This document shows positions 46,034 through 55,173 of a stretch of DNA of 64,000 bases, piece by piece (position 1 is the first letter of the stretch; the number at the start of each line of letters is the position of its first letter). The notes beneath the pieces were generated by a model. That model was not told the DNA's origin, ran no database searches, and saw only the letters and a list, made by a program, of their open reading frames with translations. Where the stretch lies: positions 21 to 64,020 of IMG/VR virus record IMGVR_UViG_3300033066_002315, one strand, 5' to 3'. The translations under genes were made by a program, and so were the position numbers. This stretch comes from a virus (lineage: Duplodnaviria > Caudoviricetes).

Positions 46034-47584
46034 TCAGGTGGCGCGGCGAAGGATCTCGGCGACCTGCACGCCGGTGAGATCGTGCCCGCCATCCACCATC
46101 GCCGCCGCGATGTCGTCGTCGCTCGCGGTGTCGTTCGCCCCCGCGAACTTGAGCACCGCCTGCACCGCGGCGAGAGGCAGGCCCAGCGCGGACGAGACCC
46201 CCTCGGCGCTCTTCGGATCAAGCGCGCTCTTGCCCTGCGCCGGCTTCGTCGCGGCGGTGAACGCCTCGGCGATCGCGCGACACGCGGCCTCGTCGATCCC
46301 GATCGACTTCGACTTGTAGCGGAGCACGTAGGCGAGATCTTTGCCGTTGCGGAGCAGCGCGAGCACCGCGCTGATCTGGCTCTCTTCAGCGCCCGTGACG
46401 ACGCGCGCCACGCTGGCGAGCAGCGGATCGGGCGCCGCGTTTGCCGCGCCGGGGGCGGCCGGTGGAGGCGCCGGAGCCGGAGGGGCGGGGGGCGGGGGGG
46501 GCGGCGCCGGCGAGCCCGGTGGAGCACCCGAGGAAGCGCCAGGAGACGCGCCCTCGCGGGCGCCGGTGTGTCGCTGTTCGAGCTTAGCTTTGACCCGATC
46601 CCGCACCTTCGCGGCGGTCTCGTTCTGCTTCTTCTCCTCGCCGGTCTCATCAGCATCGTCGCGCCAAGGCGAACCGGCGATCGCGTCGCGCCACGTGCCC
46701 TCGCCGCTCCGAACGGTCGCGCCCACGATCCGCAACTCGAGGAGCTGATCATTGTTGATCTGCTCGATGGAGACGCCGCCGAAGTAGTCCGCGATCTGCG
46801 CGGCGCTGATCCCCAGCTCGGCGAACTTGTCGGCGACCTCGCGCCGCACGGTCAGCGGATCCTTGCCCTTGTCCTGGTTCTTCAGGGTCTCGTAGACCCT
46901 CCGCTTCGCCTCGGCGACGAGCCCACCGGGGAGCATGCGAAGCCCGTTCTGCCGGATCGTCATCGACGTCGCGCGCGCGACCTTCATCCGAAGATCGTCG
47001 TCGCTCGCGGGAAGGATGTAGACCGGCTCGCCGTAGCTGTTTGCTCGCACCGAGAGCGGTCGCTGGTTCTTCTTCAGCTCGCGCCGCTCGATGGTCTTGT
47101 AGACCGTGATCTCGCTGCTCGATTCCGTGACGTCCTCGTAGTCGACGACAGCGATGCGCAGCACCTGCTTCTCGTCGTCGTCGTAGAGCACCGCGGTCTC
47201 GATCGCCATGTTGCGATTGACCCGGATCGCCTCCTCGACGAACCGGATCGAGAGGCCCTCGATGATGTTTTCCTCCCACCGCCCGGTCTCTTCGTTCTTC
47301 TTCTTCCCCTGCGGCCGGCGATAGATCGCGACGTCGGCGAAGTCGAGCTGTGCGCAGCGCCCGAGCAGCTTCTCGCGCACCACCGCCGGATCGCGCGGGT
47401 TCTTGAGCGCCATCACGAACTTCGCTTGCACCATCGCGGTCACGCGCGCCTGCGTGGCGCTCGCGGCAAGCTCGTTGCGCTTCGCGACCTCGAGGCCGTC
47501 GAAGCTCTGCCGGGTAACCATCGCGCTCGACCCGGGGGGCTTGCCATTCTGCGGTGTCCCATCGAACTCTTCTTGATCGTTCAT
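46034..47584 (-). CDS. Putative single-strand annealing recombinase (YqaJ-linked, IEGLSIRFVEE family)
   Basis: AIYRRP..G...IEGLSIRF.EE motif; coupled to YqaJ; Pro-rich linker. Confidence 0.55.
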   Translation of the reverse strand: MNDQEEFDGTPQNGKPPGSSAMVTRQSFDGLEVAKRNELAASATQARVTAMVQAKFVMALKNPRDPAVVREKLLGRCAQLDFADVAIYRRPQGKKKNEETGRWEENIIEGLSIRFVEEAIRVNRNMAIETAVLYDDDEKQVLRIAVVDYEDVTESSSEITVYKTIERRELKKNQRPLSVRANSYGEPVYILPASDDDLRMKVARATSMTIRQNGLRMLPGGLVAEAKRRVYETLKNQDKGKDPLTVRREVADKFAELGISAAQIADYFGGVSIEQINNDQLLELRIVGATVRSGEGTWRDAIAGSPWRDDADETGEEKKQNETAAKVRDRVKAKLEQRHTGAREGASPGASSGAPPGSPAPPPPPPAPPAPAPPPAAPGAANAAPDPLLASVARVVTGAEESQISAVLALLRNGKDLAYVLRYKSKSIGIDEAACRAIAEAFTAATKPAQGKSALDPKSAEGVSSALGLPLAAVQAVLKFAGANDTASDDDIAAAMVDGGHDLTGVQVAEILRRAT

Positions 47585-48555
47585 CGCCTCGTTGCTCCGT
47601 TCTTCGGAGGGTAGAAGCGGACCTGCCGCGACCCCTCTCCGCGATGCTTCTCCATCAGCAGCGTGGGCACCTTGCCCTCGCCGCCTGCCAGATCTTCCGC
47701 GACCGCCTTCCAGTCGACGCGGCCGCGCATCGGGATCCACAGGAACTTTCCGAAGCTCCCCTCGATCCCGTAGTCGGCGCCGACCACGCCGCAGAGCTGC
47801 GCCTCCAGCGCGTCGATGCGCTCGGCGATCGTCAACACATCGCCCTTCGCCGCGACGAGCTGCTCCACCAGCACGGCGATCTCTAGCTCCTCCTCGGCGC
47901 CGAGCTGGCGCGCGCGCGTCTTCGTCGAGCCGGGGTAGCGCTTGCGCATGTACTCGCGCCGCGAGCCCACGTCGGGCATGGGCGGCGCCTCGTCGCCGAG
48001 CACGTAGCGCTCCCAGAAGTCCGCCTGCGCTTCGATGAGCGAGGCCTCGAGGTCCGCGTCTCGCTCGATCGTCCAGAGGCGGAGATCGGTCCCCCCGACG
48101 AGCGCGCACACGTCCCAGCGATCGCGGTCGAAGACCGCCATGTTCTGTGCGGTCTGCGTGATCACGTAGTCGGGCACACCCGCGGGATCGCCCGCGTCTC
48201 CCCAATGGTGCGCCATGTTCGCGCCGACCAGCTTGATCTCGAGACCCGATTGCTCGCCCAGGCCGTCGGCGGTGGCGAGCACGAAAGCGAAGTCGGGGTG
48301 CACCGTCGTCGCCGTCGGCTTCACCTCGATCCCGGTGCGCTCCATGTAGAGCTGGCGGATCACGGGCTCGATCGCGTGGCCCATCTCCGCCGCCGGAGAG
48401 GGCGGCGAGGGCGGGAGCAGCGGGCCGCGCGTCGGCGTGGCCTTGCGGAGCCAGACGTCGATCGGCCCCTTGTACGGGTCGAGCTCCAGGATCGCCGCCA
48501 CCTCCGAGGCGCCGATCCCGCGCGTGCGCAGCGCGAGGTCTTGAGGCGTCAGCAC
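47581..48555 (-). CDS. yqaJ: YqaJ-like viral recombinase exonuclease
   Basis: IGASEVAAIL...Y, G..IEP, ATADG...LEIK, PDY..Q. Confidence 0.9.
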   Translation of the reverse strand: MLTPQDLALRTRGIGASEVAAILELDPYKGPIDVWLRKATPTRGPLLPPSPPSPAAEMGHAIEPVIRQLYMERTGIEVKPTATTVHPDFAFVLATADGLGEQSGLEIKLVGANMAHHWGDAGDPAGVPDYVITQTAQNMAVFDRDRWDVCALVGGTDLRLWTIERDADLEASLIEAQADFWERYVLGDEAPPMPDVGSRREYMRKRYPGSTKTRARQLGAEEELEIAVLVEQLVAAKGDVLTIAERIDALEAQLCGVVGADYGIEGSFGKFLWIPMRGRVDWKAVAEDLAGGEGKVPTLLMEKHRGEGSRQVRFYPPKNGATRR

Positions 48556-49232
48556 GGCTCGCCTCCGGTGTAGTCGAGGAACTCTCGCTCCAGCGTCTCG
48601 GTTTCGCGCGCGTCTTGGGCCGCGTCTTCACCATGCGCATCGACGGTGAACGGCAGCGCCGCCAGCGCCTGGATCCGCCGCTGGATCAGGCCATCGCGCA
48701 TCGTGATCTCGCGCATCTGGCCTCTGCACGGCGCGCAGCGGTGGAGGCCCGCGAAGATCTTGCGATCGCCGTGGCAATCGCGACCGCACGCCTCGCACGC
48801 GTCCTCCGCCGTCATCATCTCGCCGATCGCGCGCCGCTGCTCGTCGGTGATCTCGGCGCCGAGATCGAAGGAGATCTCGCCCTTGATCTCGCCGCGCGTA
48901 GACCACCGCTGCGCTCCCAGCTCGACGCTGGCGATCGGGATCGGGACGCCGCCGAACGACACCGCCGGCAACCCCAGCTCCGCGCGCACCTCGTCGACGG
49001 TCCTCACCCCGCGCAGCGCACCGCGCGTCTCGCTCTCTTGGATCGCCTTGGTGACCCAGGGCGCCAGCTCGTCGAAGTAGACCCGCCCTCGCGGCCCGGC
49101 GCCGCGGATCTCCATGCTGGCGATTCCGACGTCGCGCATCTCGCGGTGGGCCTTCCGGATGGCGCTCCGCAGTCGACCGCGGAAGCGCTCGCGGTGATCT
49201 CCCGCGTCGCTCCTGTACGTGATGATCAGCAC
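48549..49232 (-). CDS. Hypothetical protein with C-terminal CxxC pairs
   Basis: Coupled ORF; CEAC...CAPC. Confidence 0.55.
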   Translation of the reverse strand: MLIITYRSDAGDHRERFRGRLRSAIRKAHREMRDVGIASMEIRGAGPRGRVYFDELAPWVTKAIQESETRGALRGVRTVDEVRAELGLPAVSFGGVPIPIASVELGAQRWSTRGEIKGEISFDLGAEITDEQRRAIGEMMTAEDACEACGRDCHGDRKIFAGLHRCAPCRGQMREITMRDGLIQRRIQALAALPFTVDAHGEDAAQDARETETLEREFLDYTGGEPC

Positions 49233-49693
49233 GTTGCTCCATCCTCTCCGGCGTGAGTATGCGTCTCCGCGGATACCTCGCGCACCTCTTTTGCGGCTTC
49301 TCCCTCGGACGCGGATTGTCCGAGGCCGATCGCTTTCTGGATTGCCGAGAGCACATCGGCGTGCGTGCGCTCCGGAGCGTCGTGCCAGATGGAGATCGCG
49401 AGGTAACGATAGAGGTCGTCGCTCGCCGGCGCGCCGTCGATGCGCACGTCGAGGTCGACCTCGGGCAGCACCTCGGCGAGCAGTCGCAGCGCCTCGCGCA
49501 ATGCCACGTCGGAGCCGCGCGCGTGCAGCAGCGCGCCGTAGAAGTCCCAGCACACAGCGCCAGGAAGCCACGGCGCGATCTCGCGGCCCCTGGCGTCGCG
49601 CGCTTCGATGCCGACGATCCAGCGCTTCGGATCTTCGAGCAGCTCGGCGGCATGCTGCAGCAGCTCGCTGGGAGCGGCAGGCGGATGGATCAT
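49226..49693 (-). CDS. DUF6197-like protein
   Basis: RWIVG..ARDA.G...AVCW...GAL...WHD..ERTHADV. Confidence 0.6.
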   Translation of the reverse strand: MIHPPAAPSELLQHAAELLEDPKRWIVGIEARDARGREIAPWLPGAVCWDFYGALLHARGSDVALREALRLLAEVLPEVDLDVRIDGAPASDDLYRYLAISIWHDAPERTHADVLSAIQKAIGLGQSASEGEAAKEVREVSAETHTHAGEDGATC

Positions 49694-50460
49694 CGCTCGC
49701 GCTCCTCGCCCTGCGGCGGCATGCGGAAGTCATCGCCGAAGAACGCCTCGGCCGCGACGCGCAGCGCCTTCGTGTCCGCCGCGCTGGCCTCGCACATGAA
49801 GCCGTACGCCTTCCGCGCCACGCGCAGATCGCCACGCTTCAGCGCCTGCCCGAGCACCTCGAGCTGCCGCTCGGCCTCGCCGTTCGGGGTGCCTCCACCG
49901 TCGACGTCGACGGTGAAGGCGCGGATCGCGCGGGTGAGCGCGGCGTGCGCCCCCTTCTCGCCTGGCGCAGGGTACACGTCGCGCGCGACGCAGCCCTTGA
50001 AATGCCGCGTCGGATCCTCGCGCATGATCGCGGCGCAGCGGCAGCGGATCGAGGCCTCGACGGCGACGATGAGCGGAGCCGTCCAGTGACCCGCACGCTC
50101 GCGCTCGATCTTCTTCGCCTCGGCCCAGAGGCGCTCGAGCTCGTCGAGGCCGAGCGGGCCGTCCTTGCTCGCGTGGCCCTCGATGTACGTGAGCCGCTTC
50201 GAGACCTTGGTCACGGCCGCGGCGAGCGCGACGTCGAGGTCGATCCCGCGCACGAGGGACATGCTCACGAGGACGATCATCACGTCGCCGAGCTCGTCCG
50301 CGATGGCCGCTCTGTCGCCGCTCTCGACGGCCGCCTGAAGCTCCTCCACCTCAGCGCGGAGCCGACGCATCCGCTTGTCGATCGCGCTCTTGTCGAGCCA
50401 GTCCCAGCCGAGCGAGGCGCCAAAGCGCAGCGCGTTGCGCACGTAAAAGAAGGCGCTCAT
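49690..50460 (-). CDS. mazG: MazG-like nucleotide pyrophosphohydrolase with C-terminal extension
   Basis: EVEEL...IADELGDV motif. Confidence 0.8.
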   Translation of the reverse strand: MSAFFYVRNALRFGASLGWDWLDKSAIDKRMRRLRAEVEELQAAVESGDRAAIADELGDVMIVLVSMSLVRGIDLDVALAAAVTKVSKRLTYIEGHASKDGPLGLDELERLWAEAKKIERERAGHWTAPLIVAVEASIRCRCAAIMREDPTRHFKGCVARDVYPAPGEKGAHAALTRAIRAFTVDVDGGGTPNGEAERQLEVLGQALKRGDLRVARKAYGFMCEASAADTKALRVAAEAFFGDDFRMPPQGEERER

Positions 50461-51047
50461 GACGAGGCCCCCTCGGGCTTCTGCACCCGCTCGACGCCTG
50501 CGCTGTTCTTCTGCTCCATCCACGCGCTGTATTTGAGCGTCGTCACGCCCTCGGGGATCTGGCCCGGCAGCTTCGGCGGGTCGTTCCACCAAGACCGGCC
50601 GCACTGCAGGCACCCTTCGGCCTCCCACGCGCTCCCGTCGTTCGACACGACCGCGACGAGGCGCACGGAGTCGACCGCGCAGCACGGGCAGCGTCCGAGG
50701 CCTTGCACCGGCACGCCCGCGATCGCCGCGAGTTGTGGCTCCAGCGCCAGCGCGACCGCGCGCGCGAGTTGCTCCGTCGATCGGGTCGCTACCACGCTCT
50801 TCTTCACCCTCACCGCGAGCGCGATCTCGTCCTCCTTCGGCATCGTGCCCAGCACCACCGGCGCGAGCACGCGCACGTAGCGCGCGAGGGCCGCAGCGGC
50901 GCCGGCCGTGTCGATGGTGAGCCCGTGCGCGTCGTTCGCGATGTCGAGCATCGACTGCACATCGTCCGCGCCCATGACGCCGCAGTTCTCCCGAGCCGGG
51001 AAGGCCGCGTGCACCGCGCAGGGCTTCTCATCGTTGCAGGTCCTCAC
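50457..51047 (-). CDS. Hypothetical Zn-binding protein
   Basis: CPCC...CLQC. Confidence 0.55.
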   Translation of the reverse strand: MRTCNDEKPCAVHAAFPARENCGVMGADDVQSMLDIANDAHGLTIDTAGAAAALARYVRVLAPVVLGTMPKEDEIALAVRVKKSVVATRSTEQLARAVALALEPQLAAIAGVPVQGLGRCPCCAVDSVRLVAVVSNDGSAWEAEGCLQCGRSWWNDPPKLPGQIPEGVTTLKYSAWMEQKNSAGVERVQKPEGASS

Positions 51048-51364
51048 GAGCGGCCTCCCCTCACGAACTCCACCCCGATCGCCTTGTTGTCGAGCAGCGC
51101 CCGCGCCGCCTTGGCCCTCTCGTCGGTGCGGTCCGGCTTGCCCTTCAGCTTCCAGGTTGGGACGTCGATCGGGTCGGCGAAGCTCTCGCTCGCCGGGATG
51201 TACTTGCGCACCCCGACGAGACCATCGCGCACCGCCACGATGACGGCCACCTGACCGCGCGCGCTCGACCCGTGCTCGACGAGCACGAGATCCCCGACCT
51301 TCACGCGCGCCGGCTTGTTCGACGGCGCGACCTGCTTCCCCTGCTTCTTCTTCTCGCTCTTCAT
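51044..51364 (-). CDS. Small basic protein (SH3/KOW-like)
   Basis: VKVGDLVLV..G...GQVAVIV. Confidence 0.55.
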   Translation of the reverse strand: MKSEKKKQGKQVAPSNKPARVKVGDLVLVEHGSSARGQVAVIVAVRDGLVGVRKYIPASESFADPIDVPTWKLKGKPDRTDERAKAARALLDNKAIGVEFVRGGRS

Positions 51365-51404
51365 GGTCCTCCAGCGCCGCGCAGCGTGCGCGGCAACGTC
51401 TTCT

Positions 51405-53351
51405 TCAGTGAACCTGCGCGCCTTCGAGCTGGGGCGTCACCCAGACCGATCCGCCGACGGGGAGCAGCCCGGCGCCGACGTCGCTCGACAGGAGCGTGAT
51501 CAGCATCTGCTCCGCGATGGCGCGCGCCGCGCCGACGGGCACCGCGTTGCCGATGCGCTCGACCCATGCTCCCACGTTGTTGCCCGACAGCTTGAGCGGC
51601 GCGCCGTCGACCTCCGCGGGCAGATCCATCAGCCGCGCCAGCTCGAGCGGCGTCATCGGGCGATGCCAGGTCCCATCCTCCGCGAGGATCACCACGGGCA
51701 CGTCGATGCGGCGGAGCTTGGGCTTGCCGCGCGCGCTCTTCGCTGGCTCCTCGACGAGGATGAACGGCGACCGCTTCGGGTTCGAGATGAACGCGAGCGG
51801 CTGCACCTCGGGCGCTCGCGGGTCCGCGATCGCGAACGGGCCGTTGTCGATCGAGCCGCTCGCCGAGATCGTCTTTGCCGCTTCGGTCCACGGGATAACT
51901 CCGTACGCGCCGGCGTATTGCTCGCAGTCGAGCGGCGCTCCGGCCTCGTGCACGCGCGGGTCCGCGACCGTGTAGGCGCCCGTGCCCGGGTGCGCCTTGC
52001 CGTGAACCGTGAAGCTCGGCTGCGTCCAGGGGAGCACGTAGTAGTGATGGTCCGGGTTCTTACGACTCTCGGAGTGACCCGGCACGACGCGCGGATCGGC
52101 GACAGCGAAGCGGCCCTTGCTCGGCCGTCCACCGCCGGTGATCACGCCCGTCGGATCGTCCCAACGCACTACGCCGAGCGCGCCGCGGTACCAGGGCGCG
52201 ACGCGCGGATCAGCCACGCTCGCGCCGCCCGATCCAGGGCGCGTGTCGCCGATGACGGTGTGTGCCGCCGACTCCCAGCCCGTCACGCGGTACTTGTTCT
52301 CGTGCGCGGCAGGGTTGTCGGCCTGGGGGATGATGCGCGGATCGGCCACGCTCGGGGCGCCGCCGGCGGGACGCGTGCCCGTCGCGACGCAGGGCGCGAC
52401 GTCCTCCCAGCCCGTCACCGCACAGATGTTCGTGAAGCCTCTGGCGTCCTCGCCGCGCTTCAGCACCACACGCGGATCGGCGACGCCATACGCGCCGTTC
52501 GATCCGTCGCCCGCGACCGTGATCGCCGGGTCGTTCCACCCGTCGACATGATGCCGGCCCCAGAACTCACGCCGCTTCTGGAGCTTGTCGAGCGCGCCGG
52601 CGATGTCGCGGTGATCGCCGCCGGCGGGGATGAGCGCAAGACGGACCCACGTGAGCCAGCCGACCCGCGGCATCCGGTGCATCGGCCCGGCGCTCGGCGT
52701 CTCGGGCAGCGGCAGTTCGCCGAGCACCTCGCCGCACGCGCGCACGCGCCGCTTTGTGGGCTGGTAGAGCAGGCTCGTGACCTTGCTCTTCAAGCGCGCG
52801 ACGAGCAGCGCGCGACGCCTGTGCTGCGCGAGGCCGCCAAGCTCTCCGCAGTCGTGCGTCGAGATGGTGACCGCGTACCCCGCAGCCTCGAAGAGCTCGA
52901 TCACCTTGTCGACGAGGTGCGCGCCCTTGCTCATGATCCGCGGCACGTTCTCTTTGATGACCAGCTGCGGGGGGACATCCCACGTCGACAGCAACAGCTC
53001 GACGCTGGTGACGTAGAGCTCGGCCATCGCGACGTACTCCGGCGACGCGGCCAGCTCCGGATCGGTGAGCCCGGAGAAGCTCTTGCACGGTGACGAGTCG
53101 AAGGCCGCGTCGGGCGCGGTGTCGCCGGCGAACTCGCGCAGCCGGCCCGGCGTCATCGTCGCGAGATCCGCGCAGAGAGCGGGGGCCTTCGTGAGGTACT
53201 CGAAGTCAGCGCAGGCGCCGGGATCGTTGTCGATCCCACCGACGCAGCGGAAGCGAGCATCGCGGCCGAAGAGGCGCGCGTTAGCCTTCAGGAAGCCGAG
53301 CGCACCACCGCCGAGGCCGCAGAACAGGGAAAGAAACGTGTACTGCTTCAC
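51405..53351 (-). CDS. dcm: C5 DNA cytosine methyltransferase with six ADPR repeats
   Basis: LSLFCGLGG (I), SSPCKSFS (IV), KENV (VI), QHRRR (VIII), R.MTP.E.ARL (IX), IGNAVP (X). Confidence 0.9.
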   Translation of the reverse strand: MKQYTFLSLFCGLGGGALGFLKANARLFGRDARFRCVGGIDNDPGACADFEYLTKAPALCADLATMTPGRLREFAGDTAPDAAFDSSPCKSFSGLTDPELAASPEYVAMAELYVTSVELLLSTWDVPPQLVIKENVPRIMSKGAHLVDKVIELFEAAGYAVTISTHDCGELGGLAQHRRRALLVARLKSKVTSLLYQPTKRRVRACGEVLGELPLPETPSAGPMHRMPRVGWLTWVRLALIPAGGDHRDIAGALDKLQKRREFWGRHHVDGWNDPAITVAGDGSNGAYGVADPRVVLKRGEDARGFTNICAVTGWEDVAPCVATGTRPAGGAPSVADPRIIPQADNPAAHENKYRVTGWESAAHTVIGDTRPGSGGASVADPRVAPWYRGALGVVRWDDPTGVITGGGRPSKGRFAVADPRVVPGHSESRKNPDHHYYVLPWTQPSFTVHGKAHPGTGAYTVADPRVHEAGAPLDCEQYAGAYGVIPWTEAAKTISASGSIDNGPFAIADPRAPEVQPLAFISNPKRSPFILVEEPAKSARGKPKLRRIDVPVVILAEDGTWHRPMTPLELARLMDLPAEVDGAPLKLSGNNVGAWVERIGNAVPVGAARAIAEQMLITLLSSDVGAGLLPVGGSVWVTPQLEGAQVH

Positions 53352-55051
53352 GACGGATCCGCCATGGCCGGGGGCACGGGCGCGATCGGCACCGTGCGCG
53401 GGTCGCCCGCCGCCACGCGCGCCGCGAGGAGCTGATAACCGTCCCGCGTCGCCTCCTCGATGAAGGAGGGGAGCTGGTCGGGATCGACCGTCTCCAGCCC
53501 GTCGACGAGCAGGATCTTGCCGCGGCTGTTGAGCGCCTTCGCGAGCTTCACGGCGAAGCGCATCTGCTCGGCGCCGCACAGATCGTCGAGCGCCACCCCG
53601 CCGAGCTTGATCACGTCGCCCTCGATCTCGATACCCTCGAGCCCCGGCGTGCTCGCGAGCAGCTCGCGCGTCGCATCGTGCGTGAGAGCATCGACGGCCT
53701 TGGTAAGCCTGTCGGCATCGAGCTTCGCGCGCCCATGTGCGTGCTTGGCTTCACTCACGCGCTTGTCTTGGCGCACGAGATCCTCGCCCCGGCGCGCGCG
53801 CGCAAGGGCGTGCTCCGCGTCGGTCTTTCGCGTGGCGAGCGCCGCGGCCTCCTCATCGGTCGGGAGCGCGGGGAGATCGCCGACCATGCCTTCGATGTCG
53901 ACCGCCTGCGCGTCGAGAGCCTCGGCCTCGCGCTTCGCTGCGCAGTACCCGTGCTCGCGCTTCTCCAGCGCCTCGACGAAGGCTTCGGCTTCTGTCCGCA
54001 CGCGCCGCGCCTCATCCTCCGCGCTGCGCGCCGCGGCGAGACGTTCGGTCAAGTCCCGCACGAGAGCAGCCGCGGAGTCCTCGGCCGCCTCGGCAGTGGC
54101 GAGCGCGGCGTCGGCGTTCGCGATCTCCTCTTTGCTCGGCAGCGCGGGCGACTCGGCGCGCTTCGTGAGGGCCTGCGCGCGGAGCCGCGTCGCCTGCTCC
54201 TTCATCCGGTCGCGCCCCTTGGTCGCTTCGACCGCGGCTCGGCGCCGGCCCTCGATCGCGGCCTCGTCGGCGCGGATGGAGTCGAGCGCGGCCTGCGCCT
54301 CGCTGGTGGTGAGCAGCGGCGCGCCACCAGCCAGCTCGGCGACGATGGCGCCCGAGGCGAGCTCCTCGCGGCGAAGCTCCTCCGCGGCGCTCTTCACGCG
54401 CCGGTTCTGCTCCGTGCGCCGGTTGTAGATCTCGGTACGCACGCGGGCGACGAGATCGAGCCCGTGACCTGGGAGTGACTGATCCTCGTTCGTTCCGGTG
54501 AACCACCCCGCATCGACGGCGAGCACCTCGGCGATCTCGGCGTCGGCGATCGCGCCGTCGACCCACGCGCGGAGCATGGTCGGCGTCACGGAGACGGGCA
54601 GCGCGTCGAGCAGCGCGGCGCGCCGGAGCTTCGGATCGGTCTCGCGCCAGAACGCTAGCGGATCGAGCGTCGAGACGCCGAGCAGATCGCGGAGATAGGT
54701 CTGCGGCGCGGGCAGGATCGCGCCGTCGTCGGTGCGTACGATCTTGAGCTGCGTCCCCTTCTCGGTGATCACGCGTCTCACCGACACGTGCCCGAGGTCG
54801 ACCCTGATCTCGCCCTTCTGCGCGCCGACGTGGATCGCGGTCGGGTCGATTCCCTGCCCCTCCAGCGCCGCCTTGATCGCCTTCAGGATGCTGCTCTTGC
54901 CCGACCCGTTCCGCCCCTCGATCACCGCGCCCGTGGGCGGGAACTCCGCATCGAAGGCGACGATGCCGAGGAAGTTCGTGATGCTGATCCCGCGAACGAC
55001 GATGCCTTCACCCGCGGCGGACGTCGCCGCCTTCTTCGTAGTGCGTGCCAT
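53348..55051 (-). CDS. SMC/SbcC-like ABC-type ATPase
   Basis: ITNFLG, GRNGSGKS, long coiled coil, LCGAE signature, LLVDG Walker B. Confidence 0.8.
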   Translation of the reverse strand: MARTTKKAATSAAGEGIVVRGISITNFLGIVAFDAEFPPTGAVIEGRNGSGKSSILKAIKAALEGQGIDPTAIHVGAQKGEIRVDLGHVSVRRVITEKGTQLKIVRTDDGAILPAPQTYLRDLLGVSTLDPLAFWRETDPKLRRAALLDALPVSVTPTMLRAWVDGAIADAEIAEVLAVDAGWFTGTNEDQSLPGHGLDLVARVRTEIYNRRTEQNRRVKSAAEELRREELASGAIVAELAGGAPLLTTSEAQAALDSIRADEAAIEGRRRAAVEATKGRDRMKEQATRLRAQALTKRAESPALPSKEEIANADAALATAEAAEDSAAALVRDLTERLAAARSAEDEARRVRTEAEAFVEALEKREHGYCAAKREAEALDAQAVDIEGMVGDLPALPTDEEAAALATRKTDAEHALARARRGEDLVRQDKRVSEAKHAHGRAKLDADRLTKAVDALTHDATRELLASTPGLEGIEIEGDVIKLGGVALDDLCGAEQMRFAVKLAKALNSRGKILLVDGLETVDPDQLPSFIEEATRDGYQLLAARVAAGDPRTVPIAPVPPAMADPS

Positions 55052-55107
55052 TGCTCAAGCCCTCCAGCTAGTGCGCGCGGCGGTCTGCCGTGCGCGAGCG
55101 TGGCAGC

Positions 55108-55138
55108 AGTATGCACACGCCCGGATATGTTAGCAACA
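55108..55138 (-). promoter_or_regulatory. Early promoter copy 5 (TTGCTA-N17-CATACT)
   Basis: Consensus match upstream of the SbcC-like gene. Confidence 0.7.
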
Positions 55139-55173
55139 AAGAGATCGCGCTGTGCGTGGTGTACGCTCACGCC

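Noticed and set aside
46440-46510. G-quadruplex-like G-run cluster
   Set aside because: Fully explained by poly-Pro codons (CCN) of the annealase linker on the minus strand
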